Positions 1 through 12,499 of a stretch of 64,000 nucleotides of DNA are shown here, piece after piece (the first letter of the stretch is position 1; the number at the start of each line of letters is the position of its first letter). Origin of the DNA: Camelus ferus (taxonomy: Eukaryota); NCBI RefSeq assembly GCF_009834535.1, contig NC_045705.1, positions 30,568,001 to 30,632,000 on the forward strand, given 5' to 3'. Both the position numbers and the translations under genes were made by a program. The notes beneath the pieces are model-generated. The model searched no databases and was not told where the DNA came from. It saw only the letters and a list, made by a program, of their open reading frames with translations.

Positions 1-681
1 CAGAGAGGTCTTTAAGATAATGCCTGTGGAAGTGCTACATGAAAGCGAGCCATTTACCGTCATCACAATTAGCTAAGCGGGTTAGGGTTAATAAGGTCCA
101 AGTTGTAGCTTCATTCGCATAGGACTAATTAGCCTCCCTCAGATGCAGGTGCTGCAGGTTGGAGGCTGCACCCCTGAACCCAGGCAACTGGCTCAGGAGT
201 GATATTAGTGTATATCCAAGACAGGTCACCCTAGCCCGTGGTGCATACTTGCGTTACTATACTTGGGCGATAAGGAAGATTTAACAAGACTATAAGACTT
301 CTTACAAAGTTTATGTTATTTAAAAAGGTGTGATCACACAGAATACCAGTATAAGAAACACAGACATCCTCTGCATCCACGTGTACTATGCACTTTAAAA
401 ATGTACAAATATGCACCGAAAATACACTTATTCACATATATACAGAGACATCTATTTAATTAGAGACTGCCTGTAGTTTCAAGGGTGTTTTCTTCTGTAC
501 TTTTTTCAAAGTTTATTTTACTGGCTACACATGTATGGAAATAAAGGAAATACAGGAAGGTTGAAGCCATATGTATTGTGAAGAAATCACCCATCTGTCA
601 ATATCTGTCACCCTTGCAAGAGTCTGAGTCTGACATAGCTGATGCACAGAACACTCCATCACATTTGTCCTCGCTCCCTCA

Positions 682-912
<231 letters not shown>

Positions 913-2726
913 TCAGCTCCCACCCAACCAAAGCCCATTCCAGTGGGGCAAGGCAAAGGAACTAAGTCTAGGGGAACTGCCACCCAGGGAGCCACAGGGA
1001 TGCTGTAGGGAGACGTGGATGATATAATCATGCCTTCCTCCTCCTCTAAGGCACAAATGGTATAGAAGATACACTCTGACTTTGGGCTCACAAACAGTCC
1101 AGGTATACCTTCTATGACAGGGTTTCTTTTGCACATACCCACAAAGGCCCAGAGACAAAGATGCCACCTGGAGAGCTGGTGGTCTTGAGGAAAGGGAGCC
1201 GGGGACAGGAGGGGTGATGCAGAAAGGCTTCCATATTCTTCTCTTCAAACCTAGGTTGAGTTATGGCTGCTTTTGCCTCTATCCAGGACCAGGCCCTTGG
1301 ACACTGGCCAAGGAGGGCAAGAAATAAGAGTGAAATTAAAATGCTGGAGCCCCTTTAGGGATAAGAAGTAACAGAGGGGAGCAGGAAGCAGCAGGAACTT
1401 GCTTTTAAGGAGAGTGACCAGGAGGAGTGGGATGGGGGGTTGGAGGGGGACCAGGCTGCCTCAGGGCAGACTGAGTGGGACCAGTCAGGGCCTTCCTGTA
1501 TATGGGACTGGCCACAGCCTGGAGGAAGGATGACAGAAGCAGCCCCTCCCCCAGCCTCAGCAGCACGCAGCTGGGCTTCCCTATTGAGCATCCAGCTATC
1601 TGCCTGGCCAAGTCCCATGACCGGCTGCTGTGCCCCCTCTCCAGCGTGCCCAGCAGGATGCCCTGGGATGGCGTGTGAATGGCTCGGTGCCCCTGCTCCA
1701 GCCTCAGCTGGAACAAAGAGTTCTGCCAGGGTCACTCTTCCCCCCTCCCAGCATTCATCTGACCCGCTGGGCTGCTGCAGCTGGGAAAGAAGGGGGCCAC
1801 CTCTCCCTTGCTCATCTCCCCCCTTGCTTTCTTCTCCCTTTCCTCCCTTCAGCTGGGCCCTGCCCTCAGGCTAGGCTGGAACAGGGAAGGAGTCTGTTCC
1901 CAAATTGCCACCCCACTTCCTTTCCTATTCACTGGACCTAGCTTCTCTCTTGGCTCACCTCTTGACGTACATCCTCACCTCATTACGTTATTCGAGTCAG
2001 CTTAGGGCCCAGAATGAAGGGTGTACTGCTATTCCCACCAAAAGTAAGGGGAGAGCCCTAGACCCCTCCGTTTCTATTTCAATCCCAGTGCTAACTGTAA
2101 GCCTAAAGCAAGCGTTCCTAACCTGCAGATGGATGGATGGATGGCCAGCTTTGGGATCTGTGAACCCCTGAAACTACCTGCCTGCAAAACGTACATTTCT
2201 GGAGTGAAGGACCACAGCTTTCACCCCATCATCAACTGAGGACTTGCCTTCCCTCTCCATGTGCAAAGAGAATCAGCTGCCCTAGAAAAGACGCAGGATT
2301 TGCTGCAGAAGCCACAGGGTTGCATCTGAGAGGTGCAGCATCTCTATAGCTCACAGGAAGGCCCTACTCTCCAGGGCCTACCCAAAGCACCTGTCTCTCC
2401 AGGTCTCTCTGCAAGTACAGGACAGAGGATTCTTCCCAGGGAAGCAATGATGACCCAGATGCCCCAGCCCCAGTCTCATCCTCTCGGGCCTGTTCTGAGA
2501 GCACTGAGAAGGGATGGGGGCTTTTTTCACTCTGTCCCTGGGCACCAGAGCCTGAGGAAATTGTGACTTGTGACTGGCTCATCATTGTTATAGGCACTAA
2601 TTTGGGGAACTCTTGCTGGGATGGAAGAGCAACTAAGTATTCCAGAGGACCCCATGCCATGGGGCTCCCCAACACACTGATCCCTTGCATGGAGGCAGGG
2701 GTGGTAAAGAGGAAGACTAAGGCTAA

Positions 2727-2934
2727 GAGTGCTTCTCAATGAGGCATGATTTTTCTCTGGTGGGGGGGAGCATTTGGCAATGGGTGATGACATTTTTTGT
2801 TGTGACTGGTAGAACTGCTGTCATCTAGAGGATAAAGGCCACGGACGCTGCTAAATATCCTACAATGTGCAGGACAGGTATCCATGACAAAGAAGTCATC
2901 AGCCTAAAATGTCAGTGGAGGTTGAGAAGCACAG
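2727..2934. mobile_element. MER20-like hAT-Charlie DNA transposon relic
   Basis: Termini gtgcttctcaa...ttgagaagcac and internal hallmark gctgctaaatatcctacaatg. Confidence 0.75.
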
Positions 2935-4069
2935 CTAGGCAAACACAGCAGGGAGTGGGGCTGTACCAATGCGGAGTTCAGGGTAAGAGGTGAGGTGGGG
3001 GAGCAGGGAAGAGGAGGAAGCACTGGACCTGGAGCAGAGAGCTGGGTCTCACTGACCAGCTGGGCCACCTTGTACAAGTCCCATAGTTCCCTAAGCATGT
3101 TTCCTTATGTGTAAAAAAGCCACAAGGATTGGACATGGAGATAAAAGTGGAAAAGGCTAATCTCATGCCTTGGCACGCCAAAGATGTTTCATAAATGCAG
3201 GATGAGAGTGTGGGGGCATGAGGATTTGGGGGCTGGCTTTTTCCAAAAGGCCTTGATTTAAAAAACCTGAGTACCAGGATTGGGAGAGCAAGACCAGCAG
3301 CATCTCAAGGCTGCATGCAAGTCAAAAGGAATCCAGAAGGTAAAGAGGAACCTTCAGGATTTCTTTTTAGGCACCCCCCACCCCACGCCTTTGGTTGAGT
3401 GATAGCAGAAGTCCTGAGTTCCCCTGCAGACTTCGGGAACAAAGCATTCCATCCGGTGGACATCAAGTTAGTTGCTGAAAAGTCACGACTTCCTGCATGT
3501 CAGAGCCACATCTAAACGTCAGCATGTGAAGGTCAGGCAGCCAGCAGCAGGCAAACTCTTGGCTTCGGTGTTCATACAGTAAATAGACACATTATACTCC
3601 AACACCCAGCTCTTCTGGACAACTGCTGCCCCTCTGGGATCTGAGGAGGTGGAATTCTGCCTTTTCACTCCAGTCCTGGCTGTGATCATAAAGGACAGCT
3701 TTTAACCCTTTTTAACTAAAAGAATGGTGAGTGAAGAAAGGAAACAAATGACTGCGGGTGGCAAAACGCGGTCTTCATTTTAAAAAGTATTCAGCTAGAA
3801 CACTCAGCTGTGCTGCTGGCCATGGAAGCTATGTGTCAGCCACACTAAGCTCCCTTGGCCTCAAAGGGCGTGGGCCCTTCAATCTAATGCAACTCAACAA
3901 GGAAAAGATCTCTTCCTAAAGTGTTCCCTATCTTTGATCATCAAGTTATCCAGCTTTTGGGAGACACGTTAATGTGTTCATAGGTTAACCAAAATCTCAG
4001 CCATCTTACCACTTTCTCACTGTTTTCTTTAGAAGGAAAGCAAGGAAATGTCCATCTGGTATACCAGAC

Positions 4070-4535
4070 ACAGTGTAACATGTGAGAGAACATAGATTCT
4101 GAAGTCAAAGAGGCTGGGGTTCAAGTCCACTAACTCTACAACTTTGAGCAAGTTAGTTAATACCTCTGAGTCTCAGTTTCCTCATCCATAAAATGGGAAT
4201 AACAATAGTCCTACAGCAAAGGGTTTTGTAAAGATTTAAATAATCTATACAGAGTGCTGAGCACATGGCTGGCACACAGCAAAAGCTTCATAACAATACA
4301 TCAGCATTTACTGAGTACTTACCAGGTTCCCTCCAAATACTTTTCTAAGTGCTTTTCATATACTACCTCCCCTCCTGGGAGGTGGCACTGTTATTATTAT
4401 CAACACTTCACAGTTGAGGACACTGAGACACATGGAGGTAAAGTCCATTGATGGGTAACACAGGTACTAAGGGTTGAAGCCAGCATTCACACCCAGGCAT
4501 GTCAATCCCAGATCCTCTGCTCTTAATCACTTCAT
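4070..4535. mobile_element. Two MIR SINE relics in opposite orientation
   Basis: MIR core ctcagtttcctcatccataaaatgggaataa at about 4170-4200, and reverse-orientation core acagttgaggacactgag at about 4410-4430. Confidence 0.75.
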
Positions 4536-4905
4536 CAGAGTGCCTCGCAATAAGTGGTATTGTTATTATGAGCATTTCCAAAACCTTGAGATCAAAAAAG
4601 GGTATTTATAATACTGAGACTTTTGGGTCTTTCTCCTTTATGCATTCTTGATTAGCAAATACACAGTGAATTTATGGATCTCAAGCAGTGTCCTCTCCTG
4701 GCTACTGCCAAGGCTAAGGACCAACGTCACTTGCCCTAAGGTGAGGTGAAGCAGGGACAGCATAGAGCCCTAGTCCTCTGAACCAGTGCCTCCGTATTGT
4801 ATTGGTCCAGAAAAGAACAGGGCTTCAGACAACAAATGATTCCATTTTGCAGTTTCTCTTGACAGTTTGCAAGCTACTTTTGCATACACACTTGCATTCT
4901 CATTT

Positions 4906-5049
4906 TTAAATTTAATTTAATCAATTTTTATTATTTTGGGGGGTGTAATTAGGTTTATTTATTTATTTTAATGGAGGTATCGGTGATTGAACCCAGGACC
5001 TCGTGCATGCTAAGCACGCACTCTACCACTAGCTATACCCTCTCCCCCA
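4906..5049 (-). mobile_element. tRNA-Ala-derived SINE (camelid Vic-1-like), full length
   Basis: Reverse complement has a tRNA-Ala(AGC)-like head, an aacctaattac tail and an A-rich end. Perfect 18-bp TSD ACACTTGCATTCTCATTT at 4888-4905 and 5050-5067. Confidence 0.9.
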
Positions 5050-6559
5050 ACACTTGCATTCTCATTTAATCATTACAGTAGTACTCATTTAATACATAAG
5101 ATCACCTGCTCTGGCCAAGGTCATAGGGTATGAAGGAGAGCCTGGCAGCCCCATTCTGACCCTTAGACCAATATTCTTCTTTTAATATGATCTCAGAACC
5201 TGGACTTTCAATAATGCTTCCCAGGTGAAACTGATGCACACTCAAATAAGAGAGACTTTTCCCCACCACTTCATAGAATGATCAGCTCAAGGGAGACCAT
5301 ACCAGTCACTTGGAGACCCAAGGTGTACAGTGACTATACACAGCTACAGAGCAGCTTTTTCAAGCTGAACCAGAAATGAGAAGGCTGAAAGAGTGTCCTG
5401 TGAGTGTTGGGATATGATGACTACCTCAGTGTGGAAGAGATCACAATGGGAAAGGGAGGAATCATCACTCATAGAGGTGAAGAATGTTCTTCTTATGCCA
5501 AAGCTCTCTTCTCTCCTCCTATCAACTGGCGGCAACGGTGAGGACATAAACCTTATTTAATGAGGATAAGTTCTTTGAAATGACCCTAAACTATGCCCAG
5601 GCCAATCAAGGGACTATTCCACTGATTTCAGCTCCTTGGGTGGCCTACTCAGTAAGCATCTCTCACTGAAAGGGATGCCCTTGCAGCAACACTAACATAA
5701 CTGAAAGGGGTGGCAGCAGGGAGCCACATGGAAATCGATCTAGCTTCACCTGAGAGATATCTGGCATTTGGAGAGACCTGGGGGGCCAATATAGCCACTG
5801 TCTGCAAGGACAGAGCTTACAGAGAAAACATCAGAACCAATACCACACAAGGCAAACAGTTGGCAGTAGAAGGTGGCCAGGCTGTTTCCTGATGCTTCCC
5901 CACCTGGACCCATGAGGCCTCGGCTGAATTGAAAGTCCCTTTTCTGTGTCCCAGAGGCCATATGTATCTCCTCTTATGGTAGCATTTAGTCCACTGTGGG
6001 ACCATCATTCACTTACTAGACCATAAGCCTCTTGGTGGTTGGAATTGTAGGGTATAGAGCTTTGTGTTTTTATTCACAGTGCATAGTCCAATGCTTGGTA
6101 TGTCGTGATGATCAACGTAAGTTTGTAAAATAAATGAATGAATGACATATTCCTTTAGAACCTTGTGAGGGTTGGAGTCACAGGAAAAGAGAAGACCAGA
6201 ACAGGAGAAATAAAAGTGGTTATTTCCTACCTAACCTATACTAAAGAAAACAGGAGTCTCCTTTTTAAGGTGGCTTCCTAGTCCTATCCAGGTTAAGTTC
6301 ACTCCCTTCTCCAACAAGAATTCCTTTTGCTGGCTGTATTATCAGGCTGTGATACTGACATGCCATGACTTTCCTTATGTCTGTCCCTAGATCCCCAGAG
6401 GCCAGCCTTACCTTACATCTGATAAAGTCCTTTCCTAGTGGGACCTCTCAAAAGTGACACCATGAAACACCTAATTACTGGCCCCAGCAGGTTCAGTCCC
6501 CTCTTGCCACACTTAAATACAGAAAAGAAGTTCTCAACAGTCAGCTCCCAAAGTTATGA

Positions 6560-6795
6560 GGCAGAAGAGCATAGTGTCAAGAACATGGGAACAAAATTAA
6601 GCCAAGTCCTGGCTGTCTGACCTGGGCATGTTACTTAATCTCTTTATACCTTAGTTTTTCATCTGGAAAATTGGGAGACCCCACCTCACATAGTTGTTAT
6701 GAGAACTGAATTAGTTAATTCATAAAAACGCCTTGGCATAATGCCTGGCATATACTAAGCTCTCAATAAATGACAATGTCTAACTATTATTGTTA
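6560..6795. mobile_element. MIR relic
   Basis: ttacttaatctct...cttagtttttcatctggaaaattggg...gcctggcatatactaagctctcaataaatg. Confidence 0.75.
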
Positions 6796-7679
6796 TAGAA
6801 TTTGACTCACCCAGACTGTCTGCTAGCCACCCCATGAGTAAGCCCTAATTGCTCAGGGCTTGAGATGTCTAAAAACCCTACTGTGTGCCAAGCTCAGTGC
6901 TACTCCCATGGGTTAAGCTGGTGGCATGAGCGACCACGGGAAGAAGTGGGGGAGAGTCCTGTGGCAAGAGTCGTGCTTCACTGCCCTTCTCTGGAAGAGC
7001 CTGAAGCACATAGTATCCTTTATCCTCACCTAATTTATCATCAACCAATTCCTAGGAGGCAAGTAAAGAAAAGAGCATTTAGAACCTAATTTACAGAGCA
7101 ATTCAGAAATTGATTGGTTTCTTTTTTTGTTAAATGGGGTTAATAATAGTACCTATTTCATAGGGCCACTGGGAGGTTTAAATGAAATGATAAATATAAA
7201 GTACACAGTAAGCAGCTATTATTTTTGTTGTTGTTTTTATTAACCCCATCATCTTCATCAGTGTCCTCTCTCTCAACCCAGTAATGTAGCTATGTCTCCA
7301 CATAGGTCCTCAAGGTTCTACTTACCCGGCCTAGGAGCTCAGTCAACAGATCTTACAAATCCAACAGGGCTTGAATGTGGCTGTGCTCTCTGAGGGGCTG
7401 CTCAAAATACTGCTTTCCTCTCCCCCTACATCTCAAAACACAAGGCGCACAGAGTAACACATGGCTTCAGGGAGCAACAAACCACACCTCCCCTTCTGGG
7501 AGCTTTTTTAAGCCTCCCTCCATCAAAAAGCACCTGAAAGGTAATTCTTTATGTATTGGGATTCCCTGAGAAGATGAAGACTGAAAACAGAAAGGAGAGG
7601 TCAAAGTAAGATAAGATGTAGATAGTCCCAACCAAGACCTTCTGGTATAGCTTCAATTTAAACCATTCTGTTCTAAAAG

Positions 7680-7885
7680 GTAGTGTGGGTTCGAGGGTTA
7701 TCAGCTTACGCTCTGGGTTCAAATCCTAGGTCAGTTACTCACTAGCTGTGTGACAGCAAATGGCCCGAGTCTTAGTTTTCCATCTGCAGGACAGGAATCT
7801 AAGAGAATTTACCTCATAAGGATACAGCGAGGAGTAAACGTGATAGAACACATTAACACTCACCACAGTGCCAGCGGTACAGCAA
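7680..7885. mobile_element. MIR relic
   Basis: ctgggttcaaatcc...actagctgtgtgac...cttagttttccatctg. Confidence 0.7.
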
Positions 7886-9679
7886 AAGATTAAAAAGTGT
7901 TAACTTGCCCCAGAAGTACATTTGTACTTTTTAGACCACATGTCCCTGCTTGTGGTACAAAAATGGTCACCAGAGATCATTCCCAGAAGGGCAGAAATTC
8001 TCATTTGGGGGTGATACATTTTTGAACCATTAGCTTTTATTGCTTATCTGAACTTGTGGTTGAAATTTCTCATTTAAACTGCCAGGTGAGTGTGACAGGG
8101 GAGTGGAAAGAGGAGGGAACACCCCTTTCATATTTGCTTGGCTTATGGATATTATAACCTGGCACCTATATTTGGTTTCCAGAAGGCTGTAGTCAATCCA
8201 ACAGAGAAACTACCTCTTGTCCTCATCCATGCCCAAAAGGTGGTGGCAGTTGGATTCCCAAGGCTGGGGCCAACAAAGGAAACTTTTGGAGAACTTTCTC
8301 CACCCTGCGGAGTGAGGAGAGATCAGTGGAGGCACTTCCAGTCTCGAAGCTTCTTTATTTCACGGGCTAATCAGGTGACTCTCTCAATACCCTACCCTGT
8401 ACCTGCCTGGCTCTACACCCAGATTGTGGGGGAGGTGTCCTCTCCTCTCAACAGGCACTGCCTGGAGCCAAGGGCTTCCCAGTCCCAGAAAACCTCCGGT
8501 GATAAATTATGCAGCAGCACCTTTGTGCGGCCGGCCTCTCAGCCAGATGGGAGGTTTGCTCCCAGTCTTTTGTTTCCGGCTCTGCACAGAGGTGAGGGGG
8601 TAGTTCCCGTAGGCCTGTCAGGGCTTGCAGCAAGTCCCAGCAAGGCTCTCCCCAGCTGGGTTGCAGGCAGCGCCCTTCCCCTCCTCATTCCAACCTGAAT
8701 GAGCAGGGGAGCAGGGCGGTAGGGAAGCTTGCAGGCAATCCACTCAGCTGTGAGCTAGGATGGGAATGCCTACGTGCCGTGAAAGAATGAAGTTTGCTTA
8801 GAAGGATGTAAGAGGTGCCCAAGGGCACCAAAGATGTTTGCTTCTTGCTAAATCAGAAATGCAGAACAGAAAATGGAGTCAAACAACTGCCAGGAAAGCT
8901 AGAGAATCAGCTTTTTTTAACGGCTGCTCTTGGTTACGGTCAACTTTCTGCAGCCCCCCAAAACATCGCATCACTGGCACCAATTTAAGTGGAAGAAACA
9001 AAGAGACAACGGGGTCAAACTTGGCGGTGGAGGAGTGGGGCAGGAGTGGGGGTTGGGGGACCTTGAGACCCAAATCAATTATCCCTGCATGCTGACAGGA
9101 TTCCTGATTGAAGACAGTAGTCGTGAAGGAAGGCGTCTCCACAACAGCCCAGCCCCCAAATTGGGGCAATTACTACCTTATGAGCTCTAGGGCCTGACTA
9201 CTTTCCCAGGCCAGTGGGAGGGAGAGCTTGGAATTCTAAACGGCTCCAGCTCCAAGAGACCTCAGGCAGCACCTCTCACTCCGGGTCACAGCAACCTTTG
9301 GGTAAGATGCCTGGCTGCATCCCTGACCACAGGGCTTTTAACTGGGAAGCTCTCAGAGGAAAGCCCCACCTCCCAGACCCTCTCCCAGGAAAACCAAGGC
9401 AGAGTGGGCCCTCTAGACTCATGGAATAGCTTAATAGACCTCTTTTTCGAAGTGTGGACAGGAGGGAACTATGCTTAGGTTTCATTAAGTTTCCAAGGAG
9501 GAGGGAAGAAAGGGCAAGACCTTTAAAAAAGAAAGCCAAAAACTAGCTGATATGAAGGAAGGGCTAAGCCTCTATTTCAGCACATGACATTGTAGTATAA
9601 TTATTTGTTTGCCTGGCTCCCATAGTCCAAAGGCGAGAACCATCTCTAATCCACTTCTGAAGCATGCTAACAAAGAAGT

Positions 9680-9920
9680 AACATTTATCCCAGCCTATAG
9701 TCACACAGCAGTTGTCAGGCTCTGATTGAATGGTTTGAACGTACTATTATTTCCTATAATTTTTACAATATCCTCCTGTGATAATTTATTACTACTCCAC
9801 CCCTCCCCCCACTTACAGAGGAGAACCCTGAAGTTCCAGGAGATTAAATGTTTTGTACAGGGTCAGCAAAAAGGGCTGAAGCCGAGATTCAAACCCAGGC
9901 CTGCCTGTACTTCCTGATCA
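9680..9920. mobile_element. MIR relic
   Basis: ttacagaggagaaccctgaag...gagattcaaacccagg. Confidence 0.6.
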
Positions 9921-11680
9921 CCGAGCTATGCATGAGGTGATTAGATTAGTGCTTGACAAATGGGTGTTTGCGGAATGAATGAACAAATGAATGGGTGCAG
10001 AGCCCAGTTTAGGGACTGCTCCTGAGTGTGCTGGGGAGAAAGAACCTGACCCTGTTAGCTCTAAGCTGGAAGGAGTGTGGCCAGCACAGGCATTCAGCAG
10101 TTATTTATAGGGCCAAACCCTGGCTCTGCCAGCCAACCATTAGGCATAAAGTCTTTCCTGGGACATTGAATCCCACCAGGCTGAGAAGGGGAGACGGGCT
10201 TCTGATGCTGAAGATGAGATGCTAATCCAGACACAGTCTGGGGCCCAGATGCCCCATGTCCAGGCAACTGTGACAAAACTCGTGGCTAAACTGCGTCAAG
10301 GAATGTAGAGACTGTGGCTGGAACAGACAAACAGACCTAGTCGGCCAAGGGCATGGAAATGTCTCATAATTATGAGATGTGCCCAATCATAAAAAAGACA
10401 AGACTACTTCTTAAAGCAGTCTCTGAAATTCTGTTCCTATTTAGGAAGCTCCTAGGATTGATCTTCTCTTCAAAGGAGAAGCAACACAGCCAATCTGTCC
10501 CATTTTCCTTCTTCTTGGGGATCCTGATTAGCAGTCAAGCAGTAGAAAGAGTGAGGAAGACCTGTAAAACCCTGTCCTCTGTGATGTCTTGTGTTCTCTG
10601 CTGGCCCAGAAGATGGACATACCCAACGTGCTCTGTATCAGACACAGCCATACTCAGTTTCCTTGCACCTGTCATTCTTAATACCATGTGCCAGTCCCAA
10701 AGATGTTATATGATATTCAACAGGGGACAGAAGAGGAAATCCAAAATCAGTGACAAGCCAAGCATCTTTCACAAGTCCAGTAAGATCAGGGACAAGGTCA
10801 ACCAAGCACCATGGCAACACCAGATGGAAAGGAAACCAGTCTCAGCTCCCCTCTTTTGCAGTCTTCCTCAGAAACAACCGTCTATCTACCAAAGCACTCC
10901 TGGACAGAATTTTCAACTTTTCACTTACCTGGAAGAGACCTGTAAGACAAAAAGGGTTTCTACTCTTCAAATGGTGGTAGGTTGTCCGAGGCCTCACCTC
11001 AACCCTCAGCAGAGGATACCCAGGGCTATTAACAGTAACCAAGTTTCCTTCCAAAATCTTTAAGGTTGGAGTATTATATAGGCTCTGGCCAAACTTATAG
11101 GGTCTAAGAAAACCCCCCAGTACTAGCAGCATCCAAATAAGCACCTTAAACTTTAGTGTCTTGAATTCATTCCTAGCCATGGTCAGATTTGCCAAATTGA
11201 TCTACAATGACACATTAGCTTCTCCCTGAGCCCCTGGAACATAGTGTGGGATCCTAGTGGTGGTATTATTTTTGGTTAAGCAACTGCTCAGTCTCATTGG
11301 TGAACCAAGAATCTGTCCCCTCCAGGCCTCCCGAGGATGGCTCAGTACTGGGCTAGGTGAAGTTGAGATCTTGGTGCCATGGAGCATCCTTACGCATATG
11401 CACAGAAAGCCTCCCATGCTTAGAAATTTCTATTAAACTTCTTGCCTTTAAAAAGAACCCAAAGAGTTACCAAGAACCCTCTCATCCTTCTTCTTTGAAG
11501 CATAAAATATGCACAATTTTCTACCCCCATTCTCAACACAGATGTAGTGTATGCAGTATTGACAGCTCTGGAACAATAAAACCCTCTTGGCCAGTCTCAG
11601 CCTGGAACCTTCCAGCTCCCCTTTCCCTAGGGCAGAAGGCGACAATCTTCTCTCTGGCTTTGTTGGTATCCGTTTTAGCC

Positions 11681-11702
11681 TTTTTTTTTTTTTTTTTTTT
11701 TT
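11681..11702. repeat. Poly(T) tract, 22 nt
   Basis: Seen directly. Confidence 0.9.
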
Positions 11703-12499
11703 CCAGGGCCGTGCCATTTCCCTTGATCTTTTTCAAAACTTCCTCCAGGGGGCCGAGAGAAAAGTTCCATCCCCTTCCCTTGCAGCCCGAAGGGGGAAAG
11801 CCCCCAAAAAGCATAGCTGTCCCTTTAAGGGGCCCATGTGGTGGGAAGAGCAGCTACATTCCTACCCCAGTAGGGCCGCTGTCCCGACACGCCAAAGAGG
11901 CTACAAATAACCTCCTAGGAGAGAGCCCGGGAGGCGGGGAGCACAGTGCAAAGAGGAACGTGGGTCCACTAGGCTACCACTCAGAAAGGAAGGGTTAAGA
12001 GCTCAGTCGGGTTAGAGTGGGCATGGAAAAAGTCATTTAAAACCCACGGGTAGTTTAAATAACAGACAGGAGAACTCTGTTTTGGATTTGGGAGGTAAAC
12101 CAATCTTTAAAACAAGTGCTCAGGGATCTCCACGCCCTGCCAGGCAAGTTCCGAAATCTGTACTATTTCTACACGAGCTCCCTTTGCGTTAAAGAAAGAA
12201 TCGGTGTAAGGCCGTGGTCTACAGACCCCTCCATTCTGAACCCCAACGCCTCAGCCGAGCTGCGGGGAGTGGGGGAAAATTCGGATCTTCCTCGGTTGAA
12301 GAGCGGTGGGTGAATAAGGTTGGGGTACAAAGATCAAAGTTCTTTGATCTTTGAGCACAAACTAGAGGCAGCTGCTAAATCACGGGGTGCACCCACGGTC
12401 CCCGTGGCTGCGGAGAAACAGATTCCACTGGAGCCCTAATCACACACAACAGTTGCGTATGAGCACCAAACAAGTTATTAATAAGGAGCAGATGAAGCA

